Part shown: positions 17,105-28,107 of the stretch, piece after piece
How positions within the stretch are numbered: position 1 is the stretch's first letter
Layout: the number at the start of each line of letters is the position of its first letter
Source: an uncultured Gammaproteobacteria bacterium
Lineage (GTDB): Bacteria > Patescibacteriota > Patescibacteriia > Magasanikbacterales > GWA2-37-8
Direction: 5' to 3'
DNA length: 64,000 nucleotides
Assembly: GCA_964355175.1 (NCBI GenBank)
Contig: CAYHBZ010000002.1
Span: 268,537-332,536 of the forward strand
The notes under the pieces: generated by a model
What the model was told of the DNA's origin: nothing
Databases searched by the model: none
Seen by the model: only the letters and a program-made list of their open reading frames with translations
Position numbers and translations under genes: made by a program

Positions 17105-20100
17105 ATGTCAAAACAATTTATAGAGCATTTTTATAAAAAAAGAGTCATCTACACACTGTCTACTATCATGATGGTATTTGGTCTGACTCTTTTTTTAGCC
17201 AACAATTCACAAGCAGTCGATGTGTCCAATGTAGTTTTATCTGATCCGGATACTGCTGGCTACGGAGTGGATGGTCGTGATTTTAAAATTGTTTGGGATA
17301 TTGGCACTTCTACACCAGCAGGTTTTCAATATACAAAAGTTTTTATAACTTCCAGTACAGTAGTTTTGACAACCAGCACTTTGAGTACTGCTTGTAATGG
17401 TGGTGAGTGTATAGCCACTGGTCTTTTTAATCAGTATAATATTGCTTCCACGACTCTTCCTCAGTCTGCCAAGCTCGACAGTCTGATGAATGATTGGGCT
17501 ACCGGCACACCGTATATTGCTTGGGTGTATGTTCAAGCCAATTCACCGACTATAGTTTCTTCTAGTCCTATTAATGTAGTTTTTGATGCTGTAGCCGATA
17601 CGAACGCTCCTCAGATTGACCATATGGGTGTTCACACTGCCATTAGTGGTGTGCCTGCCACAATCAATGCTTTTGTTATAGATGACCAAACTACCATCGC
17701 TCAATTTGGTAATACTGGAGATGCGGGTGTTGAATCCTTTAAATTATTTTATGGTACAAACCCAGCAGCTAGTGTTACGGCAGTTGATGCGACAGCGGTA
17801 GTAGGGGCAACCGGTTTATTCTCATTTACGATTCCTACTAGTTCGGTGGTTAATCAGTTAAAGTATTATTTAATTGCTCGTGATGCCTCTAATAATGTAC
17901 GATATTTTTGTGCGACTGGATTTGCTAGCGCTACCAGCACTTGTCAATCAAGTCCTTTTACTATCACCACCACGACTTTAGGCAATGGTGGAGCTGGCCG
18001 TTCAGTTTCTGGAAAGATCACTTCTAATGGCAGTAATGTGAGTGGTGCGCTAGTTTTTGCGGGTGGTTTTGCGAAAGCAGCTGTTTTGACTGACGGCAGT
18101 GGCGACTATAGTGTTAGTGGTTTGCCAGATAGTAATACTTTTAATTTTACTAGCAATAAAACAAATTTTATTAAGGCTTTTCGTTTGGAAACTGTGGGTA
18201 CTGCTAATAAAACTGGTGTTAACATGACTCTAAATCCAGGGGCCATTTCCTTTGTTTCCTCTAATGATGCTGGAGGCAGCGGTGGTGCTCCAAAACCAGT
18301 TTTTTCTGGTCCTCCAAATAGTATGCAAAATGCGCCGATAGATCAAAAGATTAGGGTTGGTTTTGATCAAGTGCTTAATGCCACCACTGTATCCGATGCT
18401 GACCCGACTGACTCCGGTAGTAGTGTTTATTTAATCAAGAATGACGGTGTTAAAATAGCTGGTACGGTTACTTACTGCTCCAATAATGCCGCCCCGGGTT
18501 GTTCAGCCTTACCTTCAATGGATAATAATGTAATTTTATTTGCACCGTCAGTTAATTTGGCTACCGGAACTTTTTATACTTTAGTAATTACTGAAGCGGT
18601 TAAAAGTAACGGCGGTCAGTCTATCCAAGGAAACAGAGCTGGTGGCGGTCATAAGGTTTCTTTTACTACGATGGGAAATAGTTTCTCCACTAGTCAGACT
18701 GACTCCGCAACTTGGCAAACAAATTTTAATCAAGGTGGACAATATATGCCGCCTTTCGTGAAATCAATGATCCCGGCGCCTGGTATGATTGCGGCCCCTA
18801 ATGTTCCTATTTTAGTTGAATTTAATCAAGCGATGGATTCCAATTCTATTAATACCACTAACATTACTTTGTGGAAAAATAATAGTCAGATAAGCAGTGG
18901 AGTGGCTGTTTCCCTTGATTCCAACGATAAACGTTTTGTTACTATTACTCATAATTATGCCTCTGATGGTGTTGGTGAATATGAAGTAAAAGTAAAAGGT
19001 CCGGCAAGTAGTGCTAGCGGCGTTCCGATGCGTGCCGGTGATGCCAGTGCGGTCGCTTTTAGCTCCAAATTTACAGTTTCTGGCTCAAATGATTCTGCTG
19101 CTCCTACTATTTTTCCGGCTCTGCCTGATAATTCAACTAGTGTAGCTACAAACAAGATATTTGAATTTGGTTTAAGTGAGCAATTGGCTTTTTCTACTGT
19201 AAATAGTAGTAATATTTTCTTGGGTCGTGGTTCAAGTAACGAGAGTATTTATACTCGTTATGATCCGGCTAAGAATAGTATTTTTGTAGTTCCTACTTCT
19301 GTCTTAATTCCAAATACTGTATATAGTATAATGCTTTTGCCTAGCATAACTGATCTGGCCGGTAATGCTATTGTTACTACTTCTTATAGCTATACTACTG
19401 GAGCAACCGATTCAATTAGCCCGGGGGTTAAAGAAGCTCGCTGTGATGATTATACTTGTAAGGTTACCTTTAATGAGGCGATGAACCATGATTCTCAGTC
19501 CGATTCCAAATGGGCAGCTAGTGTTTTAAATCCAGCAAATTGGACTTTAAAAAAGACTGCTCCTTCTGCCGCAACAATAGATATTTCTGCCAAACCAATC
19601 AATTATGATGTGGTTAAAAATGTTATAACAATAGAAGGTATAACCGGCTTGACTGCGGGCAACAGTTTTATGGTTACTACTTCACTTGCGGTAACCGATG
19701 TATCAGATAATTTAATTGAAGCCGATCTTGTCCAATTTAGTGGAAAAGTAGAAGATAGCAAAACTACTTTTGGTTCTATGGGTGAAATGGGCATGTTTGC
19801 CCCACCTACTGCCGGCATTACTGGTGGTACGGTTGGTGGTTCTGAATTCAAACCACAAGGATTTGGTAGTTTCACCGCTGATCAGTTTGCCTTAGGACAG
19901 GCGGATATGGCTTTTCCGTTCAATTCAATGGCCGGTGTAGATTCAAATGTTTTTCAAGTTAGATTTACTCCTGGTGTGGCGGTACAAACCGGAGATATAA
20001 TCAAATTAACTTTCCCAGATGGATCTACTATTACAAACTCTACCTTGGATAGTCAATCACCATTCTATTCAGATTTTAATCAGTTTTCTGCTGGGTCTGT

Positions 20101-23100
20101 TAGTAGTACAGCGTTTAGTGTGGCCAATGATATTAAAGATATTTCAATTACTTTGGGTGTAAGTGGCTCGCCATCAGCCAACGATCAATTCACCGTTGAT
20201 ATAAAGAAATTCATTAATCCTTCCATTCCAAAAGGTCCGCAAACTGGTGGTTATACTGTCGGAATAAAAATTTATAGAAGTGGTGCTGTTATTGCTAACA
20301 AGACATCCATGCCGTTTTTCATTATGAGCGCTGGAACCAATACCTTACTAGTAGATGTAGTGGCAGGTTCTTCAACTTCTTCGCCAACCAATGGTGCTAA
20401 CGGTACAGTTAATGTGCACGGGGGTGGTCCTGCTGGCCCTATGGATAAGAAATTAACTTTCAACAACGGTGATATTTCCGCGATAGACGGTACTGCCGGC
20501 ACAGCAATTACTTATAGTAGCTTGCCCGACGGTTGTTATTTTATTGGTACTGATCCTTTCTTGACTCTAGGCAGCAGCGACTTCTTTGGTAAGATGTCGC
20601 CTGAACCAGTTTGTTTAAACGGTGGTGAAAGCAAAACAAAATGGTTATTACTTTCACCAGCTAGCGGTGCTGGTACAGCTACTATAACAATTAAAATGGT
20701 TGATGGTAATGGCAGTCCACATAATTTTGGCGGTAAAGATATTGATATATTCGCCGGTGGTCCAAATAAATTTGTAGTTAAAAATTTGACCGGTATTACT
20801 ACAGCGGCTACCAATGGTTATGACCTAAAACTAAATGCTGACGGTCCTTGGACTGTGGGTATGGGCCCTGGAATGGCTAGAGGTGCTTCTACTGCCAAAC
20901 CATCTAGCTTGGGTGTGATGCCTCCAGCGCCAGTGAATATCGTAGTAAAAGATATTGCCACTTCCCCGGTTTTATCTTTGGGCACCAACAACGTCCCTCC
21001 TGGTGTATCCTATAGTAATGGTGTAGTAACCTTCTCTTTTTCTACCGCTGATAAAACTGTTTCTGGTACAGTAAAAGATGGAGCCGGTAATGTACTATCT
21101 AATGTGGAAGTTTTTATACACCGTCAAGGTTTTGGTACTCCGATTTTTACTCAAACCGATGCTCTTGGTGTATTTAGTCTATCTCTTTCCAGTTTTGGTA
21201 ATTATGAAATCGGCGCGCAATCTGATGGTATGCCGCCAGTAATGAAAAATATAGAGTTAAGAAGCGATAATAAATTGTATGTTGATGGTAAGGATGTTAC
21301 CGGTAGTTTAGTTCTTAATCTAAAGAAAGCTTCATATACAATTTCCGGTAAGGTATTAGATAGTAGCAGTAATGGTATTGGCTATGCCTCGGTCATGGCG
21401 ATAGATACAAATGGAAATACAGTTTTTGGTCAGACCAGTTCAGATGGTAGTTATACTTTGTTTGTAGACAATGGTACTTGGACGGTTCGGTCCGAATTAC
21501 CTTCTGGAAAAACTGATTCTTGTGGTACTTTCTCCAAGTCTGTGACTGTTAGTGGTTCTTCTCAAGCTAGTCAAAATCTTACCTCTTCAGTCAGTAGCTG
21601 CTCTACTCTAAGTGGTACAGTAACAGTGGGATCAGCTTTAGCCAATATTCCGCTCTTTGTTGAAGAATGGAATTTAGCTACTGATAAACCGGTAGTAGGT
21701 GGCGTTAGAAAGGGAGTTTCTACTGACAGTAGTGGCGCATATTCTGTGAAATTAGGTAATGGAAGTTATCGCGTGGGTGCTTGGCATTCAGATTACGGTG
21801 AGTTAAGTGCTACAGTAACTGTGTCTGGTGATACTACTCAGAATATTACTGTTGCAGCTACTCAAAATATCACCCTTAGTTTCACTGGCGGCACTTCGAC
21901 CATGAACGCTTTTGTAGAATTAAAAAATTTCGCTGATAACAACAAGCGTATCAGTAAACAATTATCCGATTTAAGTAGTAATTCAACCTTTGCTGTACCT
22001 TCAGGTTCGACTTATAACTATTTCGTGGATGTATTTGGGGTAGGTAAGTTTCAGGGCACAGTGGCAGCTGGTGCCACTGCGACGGTGAATTTAGGAAGTA
22101 GTAGTGATTTTATAATTGTAACTGGTACTATTTATACTGATGCCAGTACCAGTACTGGTCAACCTGGTGCCTTAGTAACTTTTTCTAACGCGACTACTAC
22201 TGTTTCTGCCGTGGCTGACTCAAATGGTCAGTATAGTCTGCAAATAAAAGCTGGAAGCTACACTGTCTCAGATTCTTTGTCCGGTTATGCTGCAACCAAA
22301 GGATCTAATGTGTCCTTCACTACGAACACTGCCGCTTATGATTTTGGTGGCGCTAATCCGGATCAGATTGCTCTGCAGACAGCTGGGTTTAATATTGAAG
22401 GTACTGTGTATGCATCCGATGGTAGTACAGCAATGACTGATGGTTTTGTCTGGGGTACAAATGCCTCTGGCACCGTGGTAACTGCTCAGATAAAATCTAC
22501 TGATGGCACTTACTCCTTACCAGTAACCAATGGTGTTTGGACTGTCAGAGCAGTTGGTCCTCGCCATACAGAAACAGCTCGTTCTGGTGGTACAGTGACG
22601 GTAGCTAGCGCCAATCAAACTGCTAAAAATATTTCCCTTACTGCCGCTAGTTCCGGTGAAAATGTGCCAACATCCACTACGGGTGTGGTGGCCGCTGGTA
22701 CCGGTGGTTCTATTAATGATAGTTCTGGTAGTGGCATAAAACTTACTGCTGGTGCTGGTGTGTTAGAAACCGGATCTGGTGATGTCACAGTTAATTTTGA
22801 AAAGAATTTTAATGCTCCGGATACTTCAAATTATGGCGCTTTAGGCAATGCTTCTTTCTCTATCACTGCTTCTGGTGATTCAACTATTAAAAACTTGACC
22901 GGTAATGCTGAAATTCAACTTGATTACACTTCTTTGTTGAGCGCATTGCCAGCGAGCATTTCCGAATCTGATCTAAAACTAACTTATTACTCTGAGGAAA
23001 AAGGTGATTATGTACAGGTAGAAGGTGGCTTTACAATTGATACTAGTACCAATAAGATTACGGGTTTAACACCCCACTTCACTGATTTCGTGATTACCTA

Positions 23101-24319
23101 TACTGCCACTTCCACCAATGCTCCATCCGCCCCTAGCGGTTTAGCCGCTTCTACCGCTTCTGTTAGTCAGGTTAACTTGAGTTGGACAGCGGTCTCTGGT
23201 GCGACTTCGTATACGGTTTATCGCAGTACCGATAATATCACCTTCTCTTCTGTTTCTACACCTAGTAGTAATAGTTATGAGAATACCGGATTGTCCGCCA
23301 GTACTCTGTATTACTATAAAGTAACAGCTACCAATGGTTCGGGCGAAAGTTCATCTTCTGACACCGCCAGCGCTACTACTCAATCTGCCCCTGGTGGCGG
23401 TGGATCTGGTTCATCAATCCCTAGCACAAGTGTTGCGGCAACTTCAACCGTTGCGGTTTCCACCTCAACTCCAGCTAGTACTAGCACAACTGCTACCGCA
23501 ACCACTACTGCTGCTATGCCAGCTTCGACTACCACTGTTCAAATTGCCACTACTACCGCTATGTCGTCAACCACCGCTGTTGCCGCTCCATCGGCAGTCG
23601 CAGTCTCCAATCCTTCTTCTAAGATTATTATTACCTTGCCGAAAATTTTCTCTTATGATCCGGGCGCACCAATTAAATTCGTTTATCAATATAAAAATGA
23701 TACAGCGAAGAAATTGGGGGTAAAAGTAGTTCGCCAATTACTTGACGCTAAAGGAAAAGTAATAAAAACTGCTTCCCTGCCTAAAACGTTTAAAGCAAAA
23801 GAAATATTTAAATCAGATGTCAAAGAAAATTTATTGAAGACTCTGAAGCCGGGTGAATATACTATCAAAATCATGATACTTGATGGAAAAAATAAAGTAT
23901 CGGATCAAAATAGTTTCAAGATTCAAATAGAGAAGCCAAAGAAAAAGTATTTCATTTTTGGCGCGGTAGCAACAGAAGATTCTAATATTAGCTTTAATAC
24001 TGATAGTTTAGCTAAAGTTAAAACAAATGTGTCGTTGCCAATATCAGTGAAAATGAGTTATAGCTACACTAATAGTACCGACCAAAAGCAAAAAATAAGA
24101 ATGGTGCGTGAGTTGGTTGGTCCAAATGGAAAAGTAATCGAAAGTAAAAACGGTACTTGGAATATGGACAGTGAAGAAGTTGACAGTCAATCCTTCACTC
24201 AGTCATTAGCGACCAAGTTTGTCGACGGTGCTTATAGCATGCGTATTCGTGCCTATGATTTTAAAACCAAAGAATTATTGGCCGAAAATAGTGTTGGATT
24301 TACTATAAAATCCAAGTAA
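17105..24319 (+). CDS. Giant secreted surface protein with Ig-like, carboxypeptidase-regulatory-like and FN3 repeats
   Basis: Signal peptide; repeated P..N..I.V.F...D...N motifs; TISGKVLD-type repeats; FN3 (PSAPSGL...LSWTAVSGATSY.VYR...YYYKVTATN); S/T/A linker. Confidence 0.85.
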   Translation: MSKQFIEHFYKKRVIYTLSTIMMVFGLTLFLANNSQAVDVSNVVLSDPDTAGYGVDGRDFKIVWDIGTSTPAGFQYTKVFITSSTVVLTTSTLSTACNGGECIATGLFNQYNIASTTLPQSAKLDSLMNDWATGTPYIAWVYVQANSPTIVSSSPINVVFDAVADTNAPQIDHMGVHTAISGVPATINAFVIDDQTTIAQFGNTGDAGVESFKLFYGTNPAASVTAVDATAVVGATGLFSFTIPTSSVVNQLKYYLIARDASNNVRYFCATGFASATSTCQSSPFTITTTTLGNGGAGRSVSGKITSNGSNVSGALVFAGGFAKAAVLTDGSGDYSVSGLPDSNTFNFTSNKTNFIKAFRLETVGTANKTGVNMTLNPGAISFVSSNDAGGSGGAPKPVFSGPPNSMQNAPIDQKIRVGFDQVLNATTVSDADPTDSGSSVYLIKNDGVKIAGTVTYCSNNAAPGCSALPSMDNNVILFAPSVNLATGTFYTLVITEAVKSNGGQSIQGNRAGGGHKVSFTTMGNSFSTSQTDSATWQTNFNQGGQYMPPFVKSMIPAPGMIAAPNVPILVEFNQAMDSNSINTTNITLWKNNSQISSGVAVSLDSNDKRFVTITHNYASDGVGEYEVKVKGPASSASGVPMRAGDASAVAFSSKFTVSGSNDSAAPTIFPALPDNSTSVATNKIFEFGLSEQLAFSTVNSSNIFLGRGSSNESIYTRYDPAKNSIFVVPTSVLIPNTVYSIMLLPSITDLAGNAIVTTSYSYTTGATDSISPGVKEARCDDYTCKVTFNEAMNHDSQSDSKWAASVLNPANWTLKKTAPSAATIDISAKPINYDVVKNVITIEGITGLTAGNSFMVTTSLAVTDVSDNLIEADLVQFSGKVEDSKTTFGSMGEMGMFAPPTAGITGGTVGGSEFKPQGFGSFTADQFALGQADMAFPFNSMAGVDSNVFQVRFTPGVAVQTGDIIKLTFPDGSTITNSTLDSQSPFYSDFNQFSAGSVSSTAFSVANDIKDISITLGVSGSPSANDQFTVDIKKFINPSIPKGPQTGGYTVGIKIYRSGAVIANKTSMPFFIMSAGTNTLLVDVVAGSSTSSPTNGANGTVNVHGGGPAGPMDKKLTFNNGDISAIDGTAGTAITYSSLPDGCYFIGTDPFLTLGSSDFFGKMSPEPVCLNGGESKTKWLLLSPASGAGTATITIKMVDGNGSPHNFGGKDIDIFAGGPNKFVVKNLTGITTAATNGYDLKLNADGPWTVGMGPGMARGASTAKPSSLGVMPPAPVNIVVKDIATSPVLSLGTNNVPPGVSYSNGVVTFSFSTADKTVSGTVKDGAGNVLSNVEVFIHRQGFGTPIFTQTDALGVFSLSLSSFGNYEIGAQSDGMPPVMKNIELRSDNKLYVDGKDVTGSLVLNLKKASYTISGKVLDSSSNGIGYASVMAIDTNGNTVFGQTSSDGSYTLFVDNGTWTVRSELPSGKTDSCGTFSKSVTVSGSSQASQNLTSSVSSCSTLSGTVTVGSALANIPLFVEEWNLATDKPVVGGVRKGVSTDSSGAYSVKLGNGSYRVGAWHSDYGELSATVTVSGDTTQNITVAATQNITLSFTGGTSTMNAFVELKNFADNNKRISKQLSDLSSNSTFAVPSGSTYNYFVDVFGVGKFQGTVAAGATATVNLGSSSDFIIVTGTIYTDASTSTGQPGALVTFSNATTTVSAVADSNGQYSLQIKAGSYTVSDSLSGYAATKGSNVSFTTNTAAYDFGGANPDQIALQTAGFNIEGTVYASDGSTAMTDGFVWGTNASGTVVTAQIKSTDGTYSLPVTNGVWTVRAVGPRHTETARSGGTVTVASANQTAKNISLTAASSGENVPTSTTGVVAAGTGGSINDSSGSGIKLTAGAGVLETGSGDVTVNFEKNFNAPDTSNYGALGNASFSITASGDSTIKNLTGNAEIQLDYTSLLSALPASISESDLKLTYYSEEKGDYVQVEGGFTIDTSTNKITGLTPHFTDFVITYTATSTNAPSAPSGLAASTASVSQVNLSWTAVSGATSYTVYRSTDNITFSSVSTPSSNSYENTGLSASTLYYYKVTATNGSGESSSSDTASATTQSAPGGGGSGSSIPSTSVAATSTVAVSTSTPASTSTTATATTTAAMPASTTTVQIATTTAMSSTTAVAAPSAVAVSNPSSKIIITLPKIFSYDPGAPIKFVYQYKNDTAKKLGVKVVRQLLDAKGKVIKTASLPKTFKAKEIFKSDVKENLLKTLKPGEYTIKIMILDGKNKVSDQNSFKIQIEKPKKKYFIFGAVATEDSNISFNTDSLAKVKTNVSLPISVKMSYSYTNSTDQKQKIRMVRELVGPNGKVIESKNGTWNMDSEEVDSQSFTQSLATKFVDGAYSMRIRAYDFKTKELLAENSVGFTIKSK

Positions 24320-24421
24320 AAACCTTGTAAAAAGTCTTAAACAATCCCGACCTAGTCGGGATTGTTTTTTTATTCGTTTTAGGGTAATATTACCGCATTA
24401 ATCAATAAACATTTTGCTTTT

Positions 24422-25663
24422 ATGCTTAAATTAATAGTGCTAAACAAACGCCTGGGACCAGTACGCGGACGTCATCCTTGGGTTTTTTCCGGTGCTCTAA
24501 AAGGAATTCCTGATGGTATTAAAAGCGGTACTCCTATAGAGCTTTGCGATGAAGTTGGTAATTTTATGGCGGCTGGGTATTTTAATTCTTATTCGCAAAT
24601 TGCCGTGCGTCTTTGGGGCTACGAAGAGAGCGAAGAAGTAAATGAACATTTTTTTGTCACCCGCATTAAAGCCGCTTATGAATTGCGTAAAGATTTGGTA
24701 GAAACCAAAAAGACCAATTCATATCGCTTGGTAAACAGTGAAAATGATTTATTGCCTGGTTTGGTGGTAGATAAATATGATAATTATTTATCCGTACAGT
24801 TTCACAATGCCGGTATAAATTTTTGGAAAAAAGAAATCGTCGCCGCTCTAACCAAAGTAATGAAACCAAAAGGGATTTATGAACGCAGCGATGTAGGTAA
24901 TCGTGCTAAGGAAGATAACGTAACCGCAGAGGGCACTGTTATTTCGAGTGAAAACGAGAAATCTTCAAACACCGGAATTTTATTTGGAAAAGTTCCAGAA
25001 CAAGTGGAAATATTGGAAAATGGTTTGAAATTTATCGTGGATATTATGCACGGCCAAAAGACCGGATTCTTTTTGGATCAGCGCGACAAGCGTGCCGCTT
25101 TACAAAAATATTGCGATGGTAAAAAAGTTTTAAATTGTTTTTCTTATACTGGTGGATTTTCTGTTTACGCACTTGAGGCTGGTGCCAAAAAAGTGGTGAG
25201 TGTGGATGCGTCCAACACCGCTCTTGAACTCGTTGAAGAAAATATTAAATTAAACAAATTAGACAGTAAAAAATCCGAAGTGGTTTCGGCTGATGTAAAA
25301 GATTATCTCCAAGGATTACTTGAAAATGATCCGGAGCTCGGCGGTGCCAAATTTGACGTGATAATTTTGGACCCACCAGCTTTTGTAAAAAATCGTCACA
25401 AGGTGCACGAAGGTTTGCAGGGATATCGTAAGATCAATGAGGCCGCCCTAAAAGTGTTGCCGTCAAACGGCATCTTGGTCACGGCTTCCTGTTCTCAACA
25501 TGTTTCCATGATAGATTTTCGTCATATGTTGTCTGAAGCCGCTGGCCGGGCCGGACGCACTGTGCAGATTATTGAGACCTATACCCATGGGATAGATCAC
25601 CCTGAATTAGCCGCTTTTACTGAAGGGGAGTATCTTAAATGTATATTTGCCTTAGTCCGCTAA
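24422..25663 (+). CDS. RlmI-like class I SAM-dependent rRNA methyltransferase
   Basis: HPWVFSG, GQKTGFFLDQR, LNCFSYTGGFS, DVIILDPPAF, EGEYLK. Confidence 0.9.
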   Translation: MLKLIVLNKRLGPVRGRHPWVFSGALKGIPDGIKSGTPIELCDEVGNFMAAGYFNSYSQIAVRLWGYEESEEVNEHFFVTRIKAAYELRKDLVETKKTNSYRLVNSENDLLPGLVVDKYDNYLSVQFHNAGINFWKKEIVAALTKVMKPKGIYERSDVGNRAKEDNVTAEGTVISSENEKSSNTGILFGKVPEQVEILENGLKFIVDIMHGQKTGFFLDQRDKRAALQKYCDGKKVLNCFSYTGGFSVYALEAGAKKVVSVDASNTALELVEENIKLNKLDSKKSEVVSADVKDYLQGLLENDPELGGAKFDVIILDPPAFVKNRHKVHEGLQGYRKINEAALKVLPSNGILVTASCSQHVSMIDFRHMLSEAAGRAGRTVQIIETYTHGIDHPELAAFTEGEYLKCIFALVR

Positions 25664-25702
25664 AATCGGTATAATATTCTAGTAAAATGTAATAAATATT
25701 CT

Positions 25703-26698
25703 ATGAATCTCGCAATTAACGGTTTTGGCCGTATTGGCCGTCACTCTTTCAAAGCCGCGTTTGATAAGAAGAATATCAATATTGTGGCTATAAATGATCT
25801 GACAGATACCAAAACTTTGGCTCATCTGCTCAAACACGATACTGCTTATGGCGCTTATCATCATGAAGTAAGTTGTGATGAAGCCAATTTGATCGTGGAT
25901 GGTAAAAAAATACCAATATATGCTGAAAAAGATCCAGCTATGTTGCCTTGGGCCAAGCTCAAAGTAGACGTAGTATTGGAATGCACTGGTCGCTTTACAG
26001 ACAAAGAAGGAGCTGAACTCCATGTCAAAGCTGGTGCTAAAAAAGTAATACTTAGCGCTCCGGCTAAAGGTGCGGATGTGCCAACTTATGTGCGCGCGGT
26101 TAATTGTGGCCGTGTCGGTAAAGAATCAGCTGTTGTAATTAACAATGCTTCTTGTACTACCAATTCTATCGCGCCCGCCATGGCCGTGCTTGAAGAAAAA
26201 TTTGGTATTGCTAAAGCGCTTATGACTACCATCCATTCTTATACTGCCGATCAGAATCTTCAGGACGGTCCGCACAAAGATTTGCGTCGCGCCCGCGCTG
26301 CTGCCAGCAATATGGTGCCGACTACTACCGGTGCCGCCAAAGCGGTAGGTGAAGTTATGAGTGCTGTAAAAGGCGTGTTTGATGGTTTGTCTATCCGTGT
26401 CCCGACCATTACCGTTTCTATTTCTGATTTCACGATGCTTTTGAAAAAGAAAGTAACCAAAGAAGAAATTAATCAGGCGTTTATTGAAGCTAGCCAGACT
26501 GAAAGATTTAAAGGCGTGTTGGCTACTACCACTGAGCCATTGGTTTCTAGTGATTTTATAGGCAACACCAATTCTTGCACCATTGATCTGTCTTTGACGA
26601 ATGTGGTGGATGGTGATTTGGTAAAAGTAATTGCTTGGTATGATAATGAATATGGTTATGCTAACCGTTTGGTAGAGTTGGCTGAACTTTATGCTTAA
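25703..26698 (+). CDS. gap: Glyceraldehyde-3-phosphate dehydrogenase type I
   Basis: INGFGRIGR, NASCTTN, WYDNE. Confidence 0.98.
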   Translation: MNLAINGFGRIGRHSFKAAFDKKNINIVAINDLTDTKTLAHLLKHDTAYGAYHHEVSCDEANLIVDGKKIPIYAEKDPAMLPWAKLKVDVVLECTGRFTDKEGAELHVKAGAKKVILSAPAKGADVPTYVRAVNCGRVGKESAVVINNASCTTNSIAPAMAVLEEKFGIAKALMTTIHSYTADQNLQDGPHKDLRRARAAASNMVPTTTGAAKAVGEVMSAVKGVFDGLSIRVPTITVSISDFTMLLKKKVTKEEINQAFIEASQTERFKGVLATTTEPLVSSDFIGNTNSCTIDLSLTNVVDGDLVKVIAWYDNEYGYANRLVELAELYA

Positions 26699-26706
26699 TA
26701 AATAAT

Positions 26707-28056
26707 ATGAGAACACTGACAGTGGAAACCTCTAGTAAAGTAGGGGAAGAAGTAATTTTGCAAGGTTGGGTAAACGCTCGTCGCAACATGGGCAAAATTG
26801 TGTTTTTGGATGTACGCGATCGTAAAGGTGTAGTGCAGGTAGTAGGTGTACCACAAGAACTCGATGAAGTTTCTAATGAATTACTCAAAGATGTCCGTCC
26901 AGAATGGGTAGTAGAAATTCGTGGTGTCGTGAACGCTCGTGGCGCTAAACAGCAAAATCCAAACATGCCAACCGGTATGGTGGAAGTGTTGGCTAAAGGC
27001 ATTTCGGTTCTTGCCAAAGCAGAATCATTGCCGTTGGATTTGGAAGATGAAAAAATTGGTTTAGATATTCATTTGGACTTTTTACCAATTACATTACGCA
27101 CCGATAAATATCGCGCGGTCTTTAAAATTCAAGCGGAGATTGTCCGTGGGTTTAGAGATTATTTAATTTCGCAAGATTTTACTGAAATACAGGCACCAAA
27201 AATTGTGGCCGCTTCCGCTGAGGGCGGAGCCGATGTATTTGAGGTAAAATATTTAAAAAATAAAGCCACTTTGGCTCAGAGTCCTCAATTTTATAAACAG
27301 ATAATGGTTGGTGTATTTGAACGTGTGTTTGCCGTGGGCAATTGTTTCCGTGCGGAGCAACATGCTACCACTCGTCATCTCAATGAATTTACTGGTTTGG
27401 ATTTGGAAATGGGCATGATTAAAGACCACCATGATATAATGGATCTAGAGACAGCCATGTTGCGCCACATTTTGAATCATTTGGATGCGACTTGTGCTAG
27501 TGAATTAAAATTATGGAATTATGTTCGTCCTTCTATCCCAGAAAAAGTTCCAAATTTTAAATTACGTGAAGCGCAGCAAATTATTAAAGATGAAACTGGC
27601 GTGGATCATACCAATGAGCCGGATCTAGAACCAAGCGAAGAGCGTTTCATGGGCGAATATGCCAAGAAAAAATTTGATTCGGATTTTGTGTTTATTACTC
27701 ATTATCCTACTTCTAAGCGTCCGATGTATACTTATCCCGATGAAGAGAATCCAGAATTCACCAAGAGTTTTGATTTGCTTTTCCGTGGTATTGAAATAAC
27801 TTCCGGTGGTCAACGTTTTCACGATTATAATGAATTGGTAGAAAGCATGAAAAGAAAAGAATTAAATCCCGATGATTTTAAATTTTATTTGGAAGCGTTT
27901 AAATACGGCATGCCACCAGAAGGTGGACTGGGTATGGGGCTGGAACGTCTTACTGCCAGATTGTTGGAAATTGATAATGTAAAATACGCCACTTTGTTTC
28001 CGCGCGATCTCAATCGTATTGATTTACAGCTTTCACCCCCAGAGTACAAACAATAA
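26707..28056 (+). CDS. aspS: Aspartate-tRNA(Asp/Asn) ligase, short non-discriminating type
   Basis: LAQSPQFYKQ, FRAE...RHLNEF, EITSGGQR, YGMPPEGGLGMGLERL; 449 aa with no GAD insert. Confidence 0.92.
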   Translation: MRTLTVETSSKVGEEVILQGWVNARRNMGKIVFLDVRDRKGVVQVVGVPQELDEVSNELLKDVRPEWVVEIRGVVNARGAKQQNPNMPTGMVEVLAKGISVLAKAESLPLDLEDEKIGLDIHLDFLPITLRTDKYRAVFKIQAEIVRGFRDYLISQDFTEIQAPKIVAASAEGGADVFEVKYLKNKATLAQSPQFYKQIMVGVFERVFAVGNCFRAEQHATTRHLNEFTGLDLEMGMIKDHHDIMDLETAMLRHILNHLDATCASELKLWNYVRPSIPEKVPNFKLREAQQIIKDETGVDHTNEPDLEPSEERFMGEYAKKKFDSDFVFITHYPTSKRPMYTYPDEENPEFTKSFDLLFRGIEITSGGQRFHDYNELVESMKRKELNPDDFKFYLEAFKYGMPPEGGLGMGLERLTARLLEIDNVKYATLFPRDLNRIDLQLSPPEYKQ

Positions 28057-28107
28057 GCACCGCGTGCTTGCGATTACGTCGCTCGTTTGAAATGAAAATA
28101 AATTTTC

